Made by a program: the position numbers and the translations under genes. A stretch of 64,000 bases of DNA from the NCBI GenBank assembly GCA_002269645.1, contig NIVC01000659.1, positions 186,001 through 250,000 on the forward strand, in the 5' to 3' direction. Shown here one piece after another: positions 24,005-35,900 of this stretch; within the stretch, counting starts at the first letter, position 1; every line of letters begins with the position of its first letter. The stretch is from Macrostomum lignano (lineage: Eukaryota). The notes beneath the pieces were generated by a model. It searched no databases. It was not told the DNA's origin and saw nothing but the letters and a program-made list of their open reading frames with translations.

Positions 24005-25859
24005 CTAAAATAAAAATTAAAATATCATTTACTTAGCTTAGAAAGTTATTTAGTTGTGGTAAAGTAATTTTAACGCTAACACTAAACTAATATAAGTCCG
24101 GATAACAGTAACAAACTATTATTTAATTTCAAATACAAAAACGCAGTGGAATAGTTAACGCTTTTTATTTGGCCCCTCTATAAACTTTTAGGTTTTACTA
24201 GCTAAAAACTGCAGTCAGCAAACCGCAAAAATCCGCGAGTCGGGAACCATTCCAAATCTTAATTAGTATCAAATAGCGCAAAAAATAAGAAATAGTTATG
24301 TACCATAGTTAAAATGGAAGATTGATAGCAGAAAACGCAATTAACTTAGCGCTGTGTAGAAGAAATTAACTCCTGTAGACGGAGTGGATTCAGGTATGTT
24401 TCGAGTTCAGAATAATCTTATTTGTTCCCAACTTAAAAAAAGTTATTTACAAGCCTACGTAACGTTTTAACAACAAAAAAATTGAAATATAAATAAAGAG
24501 ATTAGTAAATTAGCCGTGAAAAAATCACTAAGCAGCATCCATTGTTTTTATTTGATTTTTTAATTAAGCATATCCTTTGTAGCATATCCGAGTTACGCAT
24601 GCACGCACTCCAAGTTAAAAATTTCCACGAAACGGGTAATTGCCAAGGCAAATGGAAAAGTGGAAAATCTACATAATTTTCCAGTCGTTCGACAGTATAC
24701 TCGGTTAATGCCACATAAAACTAGTGCGATTCTTTAACGGCGTAGGCCTATATTTTATTTGTTTTTTTGACACTTTTTGCCTTACAGTACGAAACGCTGT
24801 CTCAATTTTTGACTGGATTGTGTGATGTAAAATTAGGCTAATTAATTAAATACTGTATCAATTCAGAACTCAGAAGTCTTTCTTATTGCCTATTATTAGA
24901 CGAGTACCATTAAACTAAGTTAGCTCAATGATACCTTCTTTTGTTGGTTTTGTCACATGTTAACGATGTAGTTTTTAATGACTATAATAAAGTGCTCTGT
25001 GTCACTCTGACAAGCGACAACTCATTTTTATAATGATAGCTTTGTTTTAGCCTGTACCCTAGTCTAGTTGTTTATAATAATAATATTATAGCTACCAGCC
25101 TCCAGGCATAACAGCTGATTATGATTAAGACTGGATAACCTTTAGTTTTACAAATAAAATATTTCTTATTCTCAAAACTAAGAATTAGAATTTAGTTAAA
25201 GTCAGATATAGCTAGCTAGCAACTTTTTAGATAGGTTCTATTATCATCATATTTACTTTAATCAATTTAATGGCATCTAGTAGATATAGGAGGTTATAGA
25301 TATATTGATTTTGGCCTTCAAGTTAATAGATTTGGTTATTGCCATAGGCCAATGGTCATGGAATAGAAATTTTATAGATGTTTCTCATATAGGCCTACTA
25401 TATTGTCATAGAACCTAGTTTTTGTGGAAATCCTTCAGTTTATAATCACTGTCTATTTTGCCAGTTTCAGTTTATAATCACCTATTATTCCATTTTCCTT
25501 TTACAATCACCTTATATTTTGCTTATTGCAATGCAAAATTGGTATGTTCAAAACTAAGACATAAAAACTGACAGTAGTTTCAAATGAAAAGAAAGCAAAA
25601 GTTGGATGATCAACTAACTTTGTAAGTTTGTTTATTTGAAACTGAAAAGATTATACATTGGTTCACTAGTAGCTTATATATATCACTTTCAGTTTACAAT
25701 CATTTGAAGCAAGCTATATAAAAGCATATCAACCCTAGCTTAGTATAATTAATCTTTAATGCTGCACCCACCCCCCTCACTTTTGGTTTATGATCACTTC
25801 CACATATGCACTCCATTGAAATGATTGTGAACCAAAGCTGGCTATAGGAAAGCATGGCC

Positions 25860-26510
25860 AGCTTTCTTATGGCCAGCTTCAGTTCACAATCATTTTAATA
25901 GGCAACATACATTTGGGTGGTTTTAAACCAAAGGTGAAATATATAGACTACCATAGCTCAAACTTGCAACTTGACAGTTGAAATTATTTTGACAGGTTTT
26001 TCTATTGCCAGCTTTGGTTCGCGATCATTTCGATGGGCAACATACATGCGCAACCTCCGAAATTCGGTCAGCCATGCGACTTAGTTTTAACAAAAATACG
26101 ACATAGTTTTTGGCCAAAAATGCAACTTACATGTAAAAAACCATAAAGCAAAATGAATGCAACACCTGTGGGTAAATGGCAGGAGTAACTATTACTGTCT
26201 TATTAAGCCAAAATGCCTCTTCGTGCCTCTTGGTGTTTTTTCGGGTGGGCATTTTTGCGACTTCCTTGGTTGGCCACCAAATTGGTTGGCCGGATCGGCC
26301 GACTTGGCCGACTGTTGCGCATGTATGATGGGCAACATACATTTGGGTGATCGTAAACAAAGGTGAAATACATAGGCTACCATAGCTCAAACTTGCAACT
26401 TGACAGTTGAAATAAGTTTGACAGGTTTTCTTACTGCCAGCTTTGGTTTGCGATCATTTCAATGGGCAATATACGTTTGGGTGATTGTAAACGAAGGGGA
26501 AATATAAGGT
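25860..26510. repeat. About 135-bp tandem repeat (2-3 units) interrupted by a MITE
   Basis: GGCAACATACATTTGGGTG...CATAGCTCAAACTTGCAACTTGACAG recurs at about 135-bp spacing. Confidence 0.75.
26041..26327. mobile_element. hAT-type MITE (287 bp), TIR CATACATGCGCAAC
   Basis: 14-bp perfect TIRs; 8-bp TSD ATGGGCAA; inverted homolog at 28766-29062. Confidence 0.9.
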
Positions 26511-28695
26511 GCTACAACAATCTTACTATCTTTTAAAATAAACAACTAGTCAGTTTGCCAACATTTGATTTTGTTTCATTGGAAACTATGGATTTTATGT
26601 CTTATAACTGTTTTTTTGTGGTGATTGTCACTGTTTAAGGTGATTTCAGTGAAATTGTGTTTACTTTTTATAATTGTTGTTTATAATTATATCACAAAAA
26701 ACTAAAAATCTCTAAAGAAGTTTATAAAACACAATAGACATAGTATATGTAGCAACTTATCAGCAAGTAAATAGAAATAAAAATATAAAATATAAAATTT
26801 TATATAGAAATAATAGTAGAAATGGCATAAAAATAGAAGTTATAACATTGTATAAAAAGGCTGTGGTGGAAAGTGCAATTCATTATTTTCAATCAATTAG
26901 TCCATCTCAATCTGCGCCGACTCTATTATGCCCACACATTGATTTTCTCCAAATACACCCATATCGATTTAATGTACGCAAATGCATTGTACGCAAGCCA
27001 GGTGAACTTACTCTTTTTTACACGGCCTTGATTAACTATTTAATAAATAAACTGTAGCCCAGTGAGGCTGGGATTGTGTTTTTTTTGTGCATAATGCAGC
27101 GTCGCTAAAAGTTCAATCCAAATTGACTACAATTCAACTACATGGCGCCCAAACAGTGAAATTCTACTATCTATGATTCAGCAAACTGCGCTTTGAGGTT
27201 CAGGCTTTGGATCGGAGCTACAGGAATCGTCTGAATCTGCTCAACAATTCCTACGTCTTCAAGGCTCCTGTTGGCATCCGTTTCCGGGTCCTGAGGTTCA
27301 TCAACAAGAGCATCTTCGTGAAACTCCTTCGACTGCGCGGACTTGTTGAGACATTTTCTGTTTTTTTGCTAATTCATTTGACATCTATTCAAATTTCCCG
27401 TTTGTGTTTTTAAGCGAAGATGATTTTTTGTTAGATTATTCCCACTGTCATAATTTTTTGCTCTTCTCGTGCCTCATATCTGCTCGGAATCTGCTTCCTT
27501 CTTTCTTTCATCTGTCCTCTCGCCTGTCTCTGCTCTGTTCTTCTCAGCCTTTGATGGAGGAGTTCAAGAAAGATCGCGCTGTGCTGCGTCGTTCGGCTAC
27601 GTTGCTGGTGGAAAAGATTCAGGCGGTTTTGGCTGGAGCAGAGAAATCAGAGGATGAGGTAAATTGTTTGCTGCGCTTGGTGGTGACGAAGAAAACCGAG
27701 CTGGAAAAAGTCGACAAGCAGATTTTGCGCGAATTTGTTACAGACGATGGTGAGCCAACGGACAAGCTGCAGGAAGAGACGGAAAAATGTGACGAGTATA
27801 TGCTCAAATTAGAAAGAGCGGCTGCAGGTCTAGAGCGGATTCGGGAGAAAAGATTTAAATCGGTGGCTGCCCCATCTTCAATTGGTTCAGGAAGCCCAGC
27901 GTCAGCTGTCGGTTCCAAAGTGATGCCGGAGACGGCTGATCGCAAGTGCAATGTAAAGCTGCCGAAGATGAGTCTGCCTATTTTTGACGGGAGCGATCCA
28001 ACTCAGTGGCCCAACTTTAGTTCGCAGTTCAACTCATCAATCCACCAAAATTTGCATCTGTCAGATGTCGAAAAATTTTCATATCTTCAGAGCTGTCTAA
28101 AGGGTGAAGCACGACGATGCATCGAGAACTTTAAACTTACGACGGGTGACTACCACAACGCCTGGGAGTTGCTGGAAGACAGGTACGGGTCTCCAGATAA
28201 CCTCATTCAACACTTTATGAAGAGGCTCGAGACAGTCCGATGCGCGTCCGATTCCACTGTAGCTCTACGCTCATTCTTAGACGTGAGATCCAGCGTCCGA
28301 GCCCTAGAAACTTTAGGAGTGGCTACAAACAACTACGAAGTGCTACTTCTGCCGAATCTGGAAGCTAAGCTGCCCGGATCAATTCGCGCTGACGTCATGC
28401 GCCCAATTCTGACTAGAACTTATAGAAAACCGTCAAATCTGGAAAACTTCTTAGATGCACTCGACGACGAAATTAAACTCCGTGATCGATGTGCCCTGGG
28501 CTCAGGCAGATCAGGCGACCAAAGCCGACACACGCCAGAGATACGTAGTTCTGTAGCAGGACCTACTCAGAAGTTTTCATGCGACCAAGATTCGCATCCC
28601 TCTTCGTTCGTCACGCATCATCCGGCGTCAAAGGAGCAGAACAAAGCAGCAGAGAGTCAGCAATCGGATTCAGCGCAAAATTCCGTGTCGTGCAC

Positions 28696-29178
28696 AGTGC
28701 ACATACATGCGCAACCTTGGGAATCACCCGGCCGTTTCTATTGGCAACACACACATGTAAGTCGCCATACATGCGCAACAGTCGGCCGAGTCGGCCGATC
28801 CGGCCGACCGATTTGGCGGCCAACCAAGGAAGTCGCAAAAATGCCTACCCGAAAAAATAACAAAGTAGTAGTACTAAGTAGCTGACGAGGCATTTTGGCG
28901 TTATAAGACAGTCATAATTACTCCTGCCGTTTACCCAAAGTTGCGTTAATTTTGTTTTTGGTTTTTTTGCATGTAAATCGCATTTTTGGCCAAAAACTAT
29001 GTCGCATTTTTGTTAAAACTAAGTCGCATGGCCGACCGAATTTCGGAGGTTGCGCATGTATGTAAGTCGCTATTGGCTGAGAGCAGTCACGTGACCAATA
29101 TTCTGTCCAATAGCGACTTACATGTGTGTGTTGCCAGTAGAGGCGGCCGGGTGAATCCCTAGTTTGCGCCCAAGCATG
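28696..29178. mobile_element. Palindromic MITE of about 190 bp hosting the inner MITE, inserted in gag
   Basis: GGGAATCACCCGGCCG...CACACACATGTAAGTCGC mirrored at the right end; duplication CGTGCAC; another right-end copy at about 32694-32744. Confidence 0.75.
28766..29062. mobile_element. hAT-type MITE (297 bp), same family as 26041-26327
   Basis: TIR CATACATGCGCAAC; 8-bp TSD TAAGTCGC. Confidence 0.9.
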
Positions 29179-32100
29179 CGTGCACTTACTGTCGTCAGGG
29201 TCACTATTCCGATTTCTGCACGGTTGTTCCCACAGCAAAGGAGAGGATAGAGATTCTGAGAAAGGAGAGACGCTGCTTTTGCTGCCTACGACCGAACCAT
29301 CCTTCCAGTCAGTGTCGATCGAAGAGAGCTTGTCGCCATTGCGGTAAAATGCATCACCCAAGCGTCTGCCTGACTTCCCATCCTGGCGAAGCGCATCCTG
29401 CGATGACGAAAGTTGGAGCTGGGCACGTAGACCAGCAGAAAATAGTAACTCCACCGAACTGCAGTAGCACAACAGCCGTGACCATACCATGCGAGGACAA
29501 GACAATCTCTGAGAGTCAATCCCTTGTCGTGCACTCCAATCCTGCAGTGATCATGCCGACTGCTAAGTGTCTCATCATCAGTTCGGATGGCAAAACCGAA
29601 GTTCTGGTTCGTGCGCTCTTTGACACCGCCAGCAATAAAACTTATATCAGACAAGATTTAAGTCGGCAGCTGGACCTTGCAGTTGAGGCAACGGAAGTTT
29701 TGCGGGTCAACACATTTGGATCCAGCAGCACTGAATTCACATCAAGCATCGTCAGATTTAGCATTCGCAAAGCCAACTCTCTGGACGAAGATTATGTGAC
29801 TCTGAGAGGCTACACGACTCCTCGGATCTGCGAACCTCAGGCATCGGCGATGTGCGACGCTCATCCAGAACTCCAGCGTCTTCATCTGGCGAATCCATTT
29901 GACCCTCGCGATGCTAATGAGCCGATATCTATCTTGATTGGTGCCGATTGTTACTATGATTTGGTGGACGGCGACATCGTTAGAACAGTGAGCGGCAATG
30001 GTCCAGTCGCCGTTAAGAGCAAACTTGGCTATCTGGTCACCGGCAGATTAAGAATTGCTGACACACTTTGTGCTTCCTCGTCCGCATGCGCGATGCACTG
30101 TTCCGGAGAATCCCTAATGGATGGTATGCTGGCAGATTCCACAAGCAGTGAACTAGATCCGATGAGGGCGAAGCGGCCATTTCCTCCAAGTCTGGAATTT
30201 GAGCAAGGTAGATACTCCATCGGTCTGCCATTCAGGGATGGATGTCGAAAACTTCTGAGTGACAATTTTGGTCTCGCCTACCGACGGCTAAGGTCGACTG
30301 CGGAAAAGCTGCGTCAGACAGGAACAATCGACGAGTATGACAGGATCCTGCAGGAACAGCTGAACAGTGGCGTCATAGAACCTGTGCCATCTGACAGTGA
30401 TCCCGAATCAATCCAGCACTATCTGCCGCATTTGCCGATTGTCAAAGAGGACAGTTCGACGACGCGACTTCGTATCGTCTTTGATGCGAGCGCCAAGTCG
30501 GCAGCCGGCTGTTCGTTGAACGACGTATTGGAACAGGGTCCTTGCCGCTTGCCGTCTCTGTCACCGGAAGGTGGCTCACGGGGGAGTTGCAGCTACGTTG
30601 GTGCAGATTCGCGAGAAGTATTGGATGCTGAAGGCTCGGCAGAAAGTTAAATCTACTCTACGACGTTGCAACACCTGCATCCGGCTCCAGGGTTTGCCGT
30701 ACAAAGTTGGTCAGCAGTCGCAGTTACCCCTGTCAAGAATCGAATCGCTGAGAGCTTTCCAGCATGTTGGCCTGGACTACTGCGGTCCGCTTTTCTACCG
30801 CAGGGGGGAGGGAGATGGCCAACAAAAAGCCTACATCCTGCTCTTTGCCTGCATGGGCACCCGAGCGGTCCATCTTGAATGACCACAGATTTGACTACTC
30901 AATCTTTTCTGCAGAGTCTTCGTCGCTTCTGTGCTCGTCGCGGGATTCCGTCAATCATTTCGGACAACTTCAAGACTTTCCACGCAGCCGCGCGACTACT
31001 AGACGCCCACACGGCGCCCCTTCAGACCACACGAGTTCAAGAGTTTTTAGCCGCAAAAAAATCTGCTGGTCGTTTATCCCAGAAAAAGCACCATGGATGG
31101 GCGGATTCTACGAGCGATTGGTTGGTGTCGTGAAGTCAGCTTTGAAAAAGAACGTCTGCAAAGACTTTCTCACTCTGGACGAGTTAACAAACAGTTGTGT
31201 GCGAAGTGGAGGCAGTTGTGAATTCAAGACCACTCGGGTTCGTCTCGTCCGAAGCGCACGCGGAAGTGATCACGCCGAGTCATTTTCTTGTTCTGCATCG
31301 CCTGACAAAAGAACCAGAAGCGAATCCGAAAAGCCAAACAGTCCTGCCTCTTCCAGAGCGTCTGAGCAAAGTGCGGCGGATGCTGACCAAATTCTGGCAA
31401 GAATGGTTGAATGAGTACATCGTGGCTCTGCGCGAGCGTTCAGCAAGGAAGGAAGGACGAACTCTGGTCGCATAATCAAGGTCGGAGATGTCGTTTTGGT
31501 GATGGACGCCGGCATGCCGAGGCTGCAATGGAAGCTGGCGGTTGTGGAAGCGGTACATCATGGCCGTGATGGCGTTGCTAGGTCGTGCCTCCTGAGGTTA
31601 GCTAGTCCGCATCGTAGTCGCGCTGCTGTGCATTTTCGGCGGCCGGTGGCGTCGCTGGTTCCTCTGGAGGTCTAAGCCTGTCTCTCTTTTTTTGATCTTG
31701 TCTCGTGCTGTCTCGCCGTCGATCTCTCAGTCTATCTTTGTCTGCGTTTGCGTCGTCTAAATTCTGCGAGCTATCTGTAGCCACTGCGTGATTAGTTACT
31801 GATTCTGTTTCACTTGCATGATTTTTGCTGGCAATCAAATAATGCCTCTTGGTGTCGTAAGTACATACGTAAATTCGACGCACTTTTTTTAATCCGCAAT
31901 TGATCATAGTTTTGTTTGATTTTAATGTTCCAGTTTTTGATTGTCTTTGTGTCAAGGCACTTATTTCCAATATAAAATATTTTCTCGAAGTGCATTCGCT
32001 TATTTAGCTCGAAAATTTGTATTCGATAAAATAACTCGCATTCAATGTCTCGTCTTTATTTTCAGTGAAAGTTAGACTTTGCAGCCCTTTCCTTTTTAGC

Positions 32101-32940
32101 CAGAGGTCTTGAGTTCAAACCTCTGGCGGGGGAGTGTGGCGGAAAGTGCAATTCATTATTTTCAATCAATTAGTCCATCTCAATCTGCGCCGACTCTATT
32201 ATGCCCACACATTGATTTTCTCCAAATACACCCGTATCGATTTAATGTACGCAAATGCATTGTACGCAAGCCAGGTGAACTTACTCTTTTTTACACGGCC
32301 TTGATTAACTATTTAATAAATAAACTGTAGCCCAGTGAGGCTCGGATTGTGTTTTTTGTGCATAATGCAGCGTCGCTAAAAGTTCAATCCAAATTGACTA
32401 CAATTCAACTACAATTCAAGGCATACAAAGCAAGAAGCACTAACATTTACCTCCTATCCATGACATGGAATTGTTAAAGTAGGCATAATTAAGCCATATA
32501 TTTCAATAAGGTAAAGGTTTAAATAGGAAATAGGGGAATCAATCCTATGATCCCAAAAGCCTAGAATTTGGTCTCTTTAGTCTAGATTTTTAGATTTTTT
32601 AATCATCTTATACTAAATTTTATCTAGTGCAGTTTGAAATTGACCTTTTGGCTATAGTTTTAAACATGGCCAGTTTATTTTGCTTTACAAACTGTGTTGC
32701 CAATAGAAATAGCTGGGTGAATCCCTATGTTGCGCCCAAGCATGTTTAATAATTTATATGCTAATCAAGTTAGAAGCTAAAGTTCATTCAAAATAATAAA
32801 GGTCCCAATAGATTTAGAATCAGTTTATGGAAAAGGTTTTGCTTTTTATTCTAGTTCACCTAGTTATATTTGCATGATTTCATAATCATATTAATGAATT
32901 AATAATTATATCAGCAACCCCACTGCATTCATGTACAAAA

Positions 32941-35900
32941 ATGTTAAGTCAACTTCGTCACAGTTGCTTCAAGTTCAAAGCAAGTTTTCAAGGTCTGACC
33001 CGACCACCCCTTCGCTGGGCACGCTCATCCTCATCAGCATTGCTGCAGCTTCCTGGCCATCAGGCGCCAAGTCTGCAGTTGCAGCGTCAGCTACACGATA
33101 AGCTGGTGCACAATCGGTCTCTTCGCTATCGTTTGGTGATATTTGACAAGGATGGCACCTTAGTGTGCTTTCACTCCATGTGGGCGCCTTGGGCTCGGGG
33201 CTTGGCAAATCGGCTGGTGAAGGCTAGCGGCCTTGATGTGGCTGCCAAGGTGGGTTTCTGGGTGAGGGTGAGGTAGAATGCCAGTTACAGGTGAGGTAGA
33301 ATGCCAGTTACAGGTGAGGGAGAGTGCCAGTTTCAGGTGAGGTAGAGTGCCAGTTGCAGGTGAGGGAGAGTGCCAGTTGCAGGTGAGGGAGAGTGCCAGT
33401 TACAGGTGAGGGAGAGTGCTAGTTACAAGTGAGGTAGAGTGCCAGTTATAGGTGAGGAGAGTGCCAGTTACAGGTGAGGTAGAGTGCTAGTTACAAGTGA
33501 GGTAGAGTGCCAGTTACAGGTGAGGGAGAGTGCCAGTTACAGGTGAGGGAGAGTGCCAGTTGCAGGTGAGGGAGAGTGCCAGTTGCAGGTGAGGTAGAGT
33601 GCCAGTTACAGGTGAGGGAGAGTGCCAGTTGCAGGTGAGGTAGAGTGCCAGTTACAGGTGAGGGAGAGTGCCAGTTGCAGGTGAGGGAGAGTGCCAGTTG
33701 CAGGTGAGGGAGAGTGCCAGTTACAGGTGAGGGAGAGTGCCAGTTGCAGGTGAGGGAGAGTGCCAGTTACAGGTGAGGGAGAGTGCCAGTTGCAGGTGAG
33801 GGAGAGTGCTAGTTGCAGGTGAGGGAGAGTGCCAGTTGCAGGTGAGGGAGAGTGCCAGTTGCAGGTGAGGGAGAGTGCCAGTTACAGGTGAGGGAGAGTG
33901 TCAGTTGCAGGTGAGGTAGAGTGCCAGTTGCAGGTGAGGTAGAGTGCCAGTTGCAGGTGAGGGAGAGTGCCAGTTGCAGGTGAGGGAGAGTGCCAGTTGC
34001 AGGTGAGGTAGAGTGCCAGTTGCAGGTACCGGACACCCAATTCCTCGCACTGATCCGGCAGGTTTACGGGATCCTGGGAGTCTGCGAGCAGACCCAGCGT
34101 GCGGGTCCGGGCCTGCTGGCCGAGGGCACCAAAGCCCAGATGCGGGTAGCACTGGCGCAGATGCTGGCTCACGAAGGCATGGACAAGGCCAAGGCCACCG
34201 CTATTGTTGAGGCCTGCGTGCCGGAGCCCGCTACGGATGCTGAGCACGTCAAGGAGCTGCACGATCTCAGCCAGCTGTTCGAGGTGCTGAGGCAGCACGG
34301 AGTGAAGATCGCCGTGTGCACCAGCGACCAGCGGGAGAGCACCATTGAGTCGCTTCGCCGGCTGGGGGTGAGGCGGCTGATGGGTGTCTCAGGATGGAGC
34401 GGGTGATGGTGTCTCAGGGTGGAGCGGGTGATGGTGTCTCAGGATGGGGCGGGTGATGGTGTCTCAGGATGGAGCGGGTGATGGTGTCTCAGGATGGGGC
34501 GGGTGATGGTGTCTCAGGGTAGGGCAGGTGATGGTGTCTCAGGGTAGGGCAGGTGATGGTGTCTCAGGGTAGGGCAGGTGATGGTGTCTCAGGGTAGGGC
34601 AGGTGATGGTGTCTCAGGGTGGGGCAGGTGATGGTGTCTCAGGGTAGGGCAGGTGATGGTGTCTCAGGGTGGGGCGGGTGATGGTCAGTGGTGTGATTCA
34701 GGCGCGAATTCGCGCCAGGCGCGAAAATGGCGCGAATGCGCGAATCCTGGGGGTCTGGCGCGAAATTTTGTGGAACCATGGGCGCGAAAATTGCATTCTT
34801 ATTTTCTGCTTTTTACGCTTATTCTCTTGTCAGACAGTATGAAATACAAGAATGTCATAGCTTAGGAGATTAATCTCGAGAATTTCGAGATTCGTGGAGA
34901 ATTTCGTGGTCGCAAAGAAGCAAAGTGACAATGAAGATGTGGCTGCTACGTCTGCAAGGGCGGCAGAGATCAGATGTGTGTGTTGTCAGGATTGCACTGA
35001 AGAATCGCAGCTTCGAGTCAGAAGAGGACCTTGCCGAGGATCTGATGGCCATTTGCCCAGATTCAAAGATTCCACCCAACATCGCCAACAAGAAGTTCAG
35101 GCGGGACACGGCTGGGACTTGAGAGACATGCTAATTGGTAGCCAGACGCATCCTCAAAAGTGTCATCAATTGACTTATTTGGCTGTCAGTAGAATATCAT
35201 TGGCATGGCGCGAAAATTTTCAGTCGGCGCGAAATTGGGCAAACTTTCCAATCACACCACTGGTGATGGTGTCTCAGGGTGGGGCGGGTGATCGTGTCTC
35301 AGGGTGGGGCGGGTGACTTAAAAATGTGGTCTCAGCCCGACTCAAACAGGAATCTCAGCATGACTCAAACAGATATTTCAGCATGACTCAATCAAGAACC
35401 TCAGCATGACTCAAACAGATATTTCAGCATGACTCAAACAGATATTTCAGCATGACTCAATCAAGAACCTCAGCATGACTCAAACAGATATTTCAGCATG
35501 ACTCAAACAGGAACCTCAGCGTGACTCAAACAGATATTTCAGCATGACTCAAACAGATATTTCAGCATGACTCAAACAGATATTTCAGCATGACTCAATC
35601 AAGAACCTCAGCATGACTCAAACAGATATTTCAGCATGACTCAATCAAGAACCTCAGCATGACTCAAACAGATATTTCAGCATGACTCAAACAGGAACCT
35701 CAGCGTGACTCAAACAGATATTTCAGCATGACTCAATCAAGAACCTCAGCATGACTCAAACAGATATTTCAGCATGACTCAAACAGGAATCTCAGCATGA
35801 CTCAAACAGATAGTTCAGCATGACTCAATCAAGAACCTCAGCATGACTCAAACAGATATTTCAGCATGACTCAATCAAGAACCTCAGCATGACTCAAACA

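Larger units (their letters stand above)
27530..31680 (+). pseudogene. gag-pol remnant: gag interrupted by nested MITEs, RT core and RNase H missing near 30565, frameshifted integrase
   Basis: RIVFDAS...SLNDVLEQGP is followed almost directly by the integrase Zn-binding region (HGGVAATLVQIREKYW...CNTC); further frameshifts near 30880, 31075 and 31200. Confidence 0.88.
26862..32418 (+). mobile_element. BEL/Pao LTR retrotransposon, internally deleted and degenerate; LTRs about 26862-27142 and 32135-32413/32418
   Basis: Near-identical TG...CA LTRs of about 280 bp, PBS TGGCGCCCAAACAG (tRNA-Lys-like), PPT GGCGGGGGAG, short TSD (A)AGGC; DUF1759-like gag, three CCHC knuckles, ALFDTAS protease, integrase (GLDYCGP, ISDNFKTF) and DUF5641-like C-terminus. 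Confidence 0.92.

Noticed and set aside
31680-32130. env-like gene in the BEL element 3' region
   Set aside because: No sense ORF or TM segment; the antisense ORF is not protein-like
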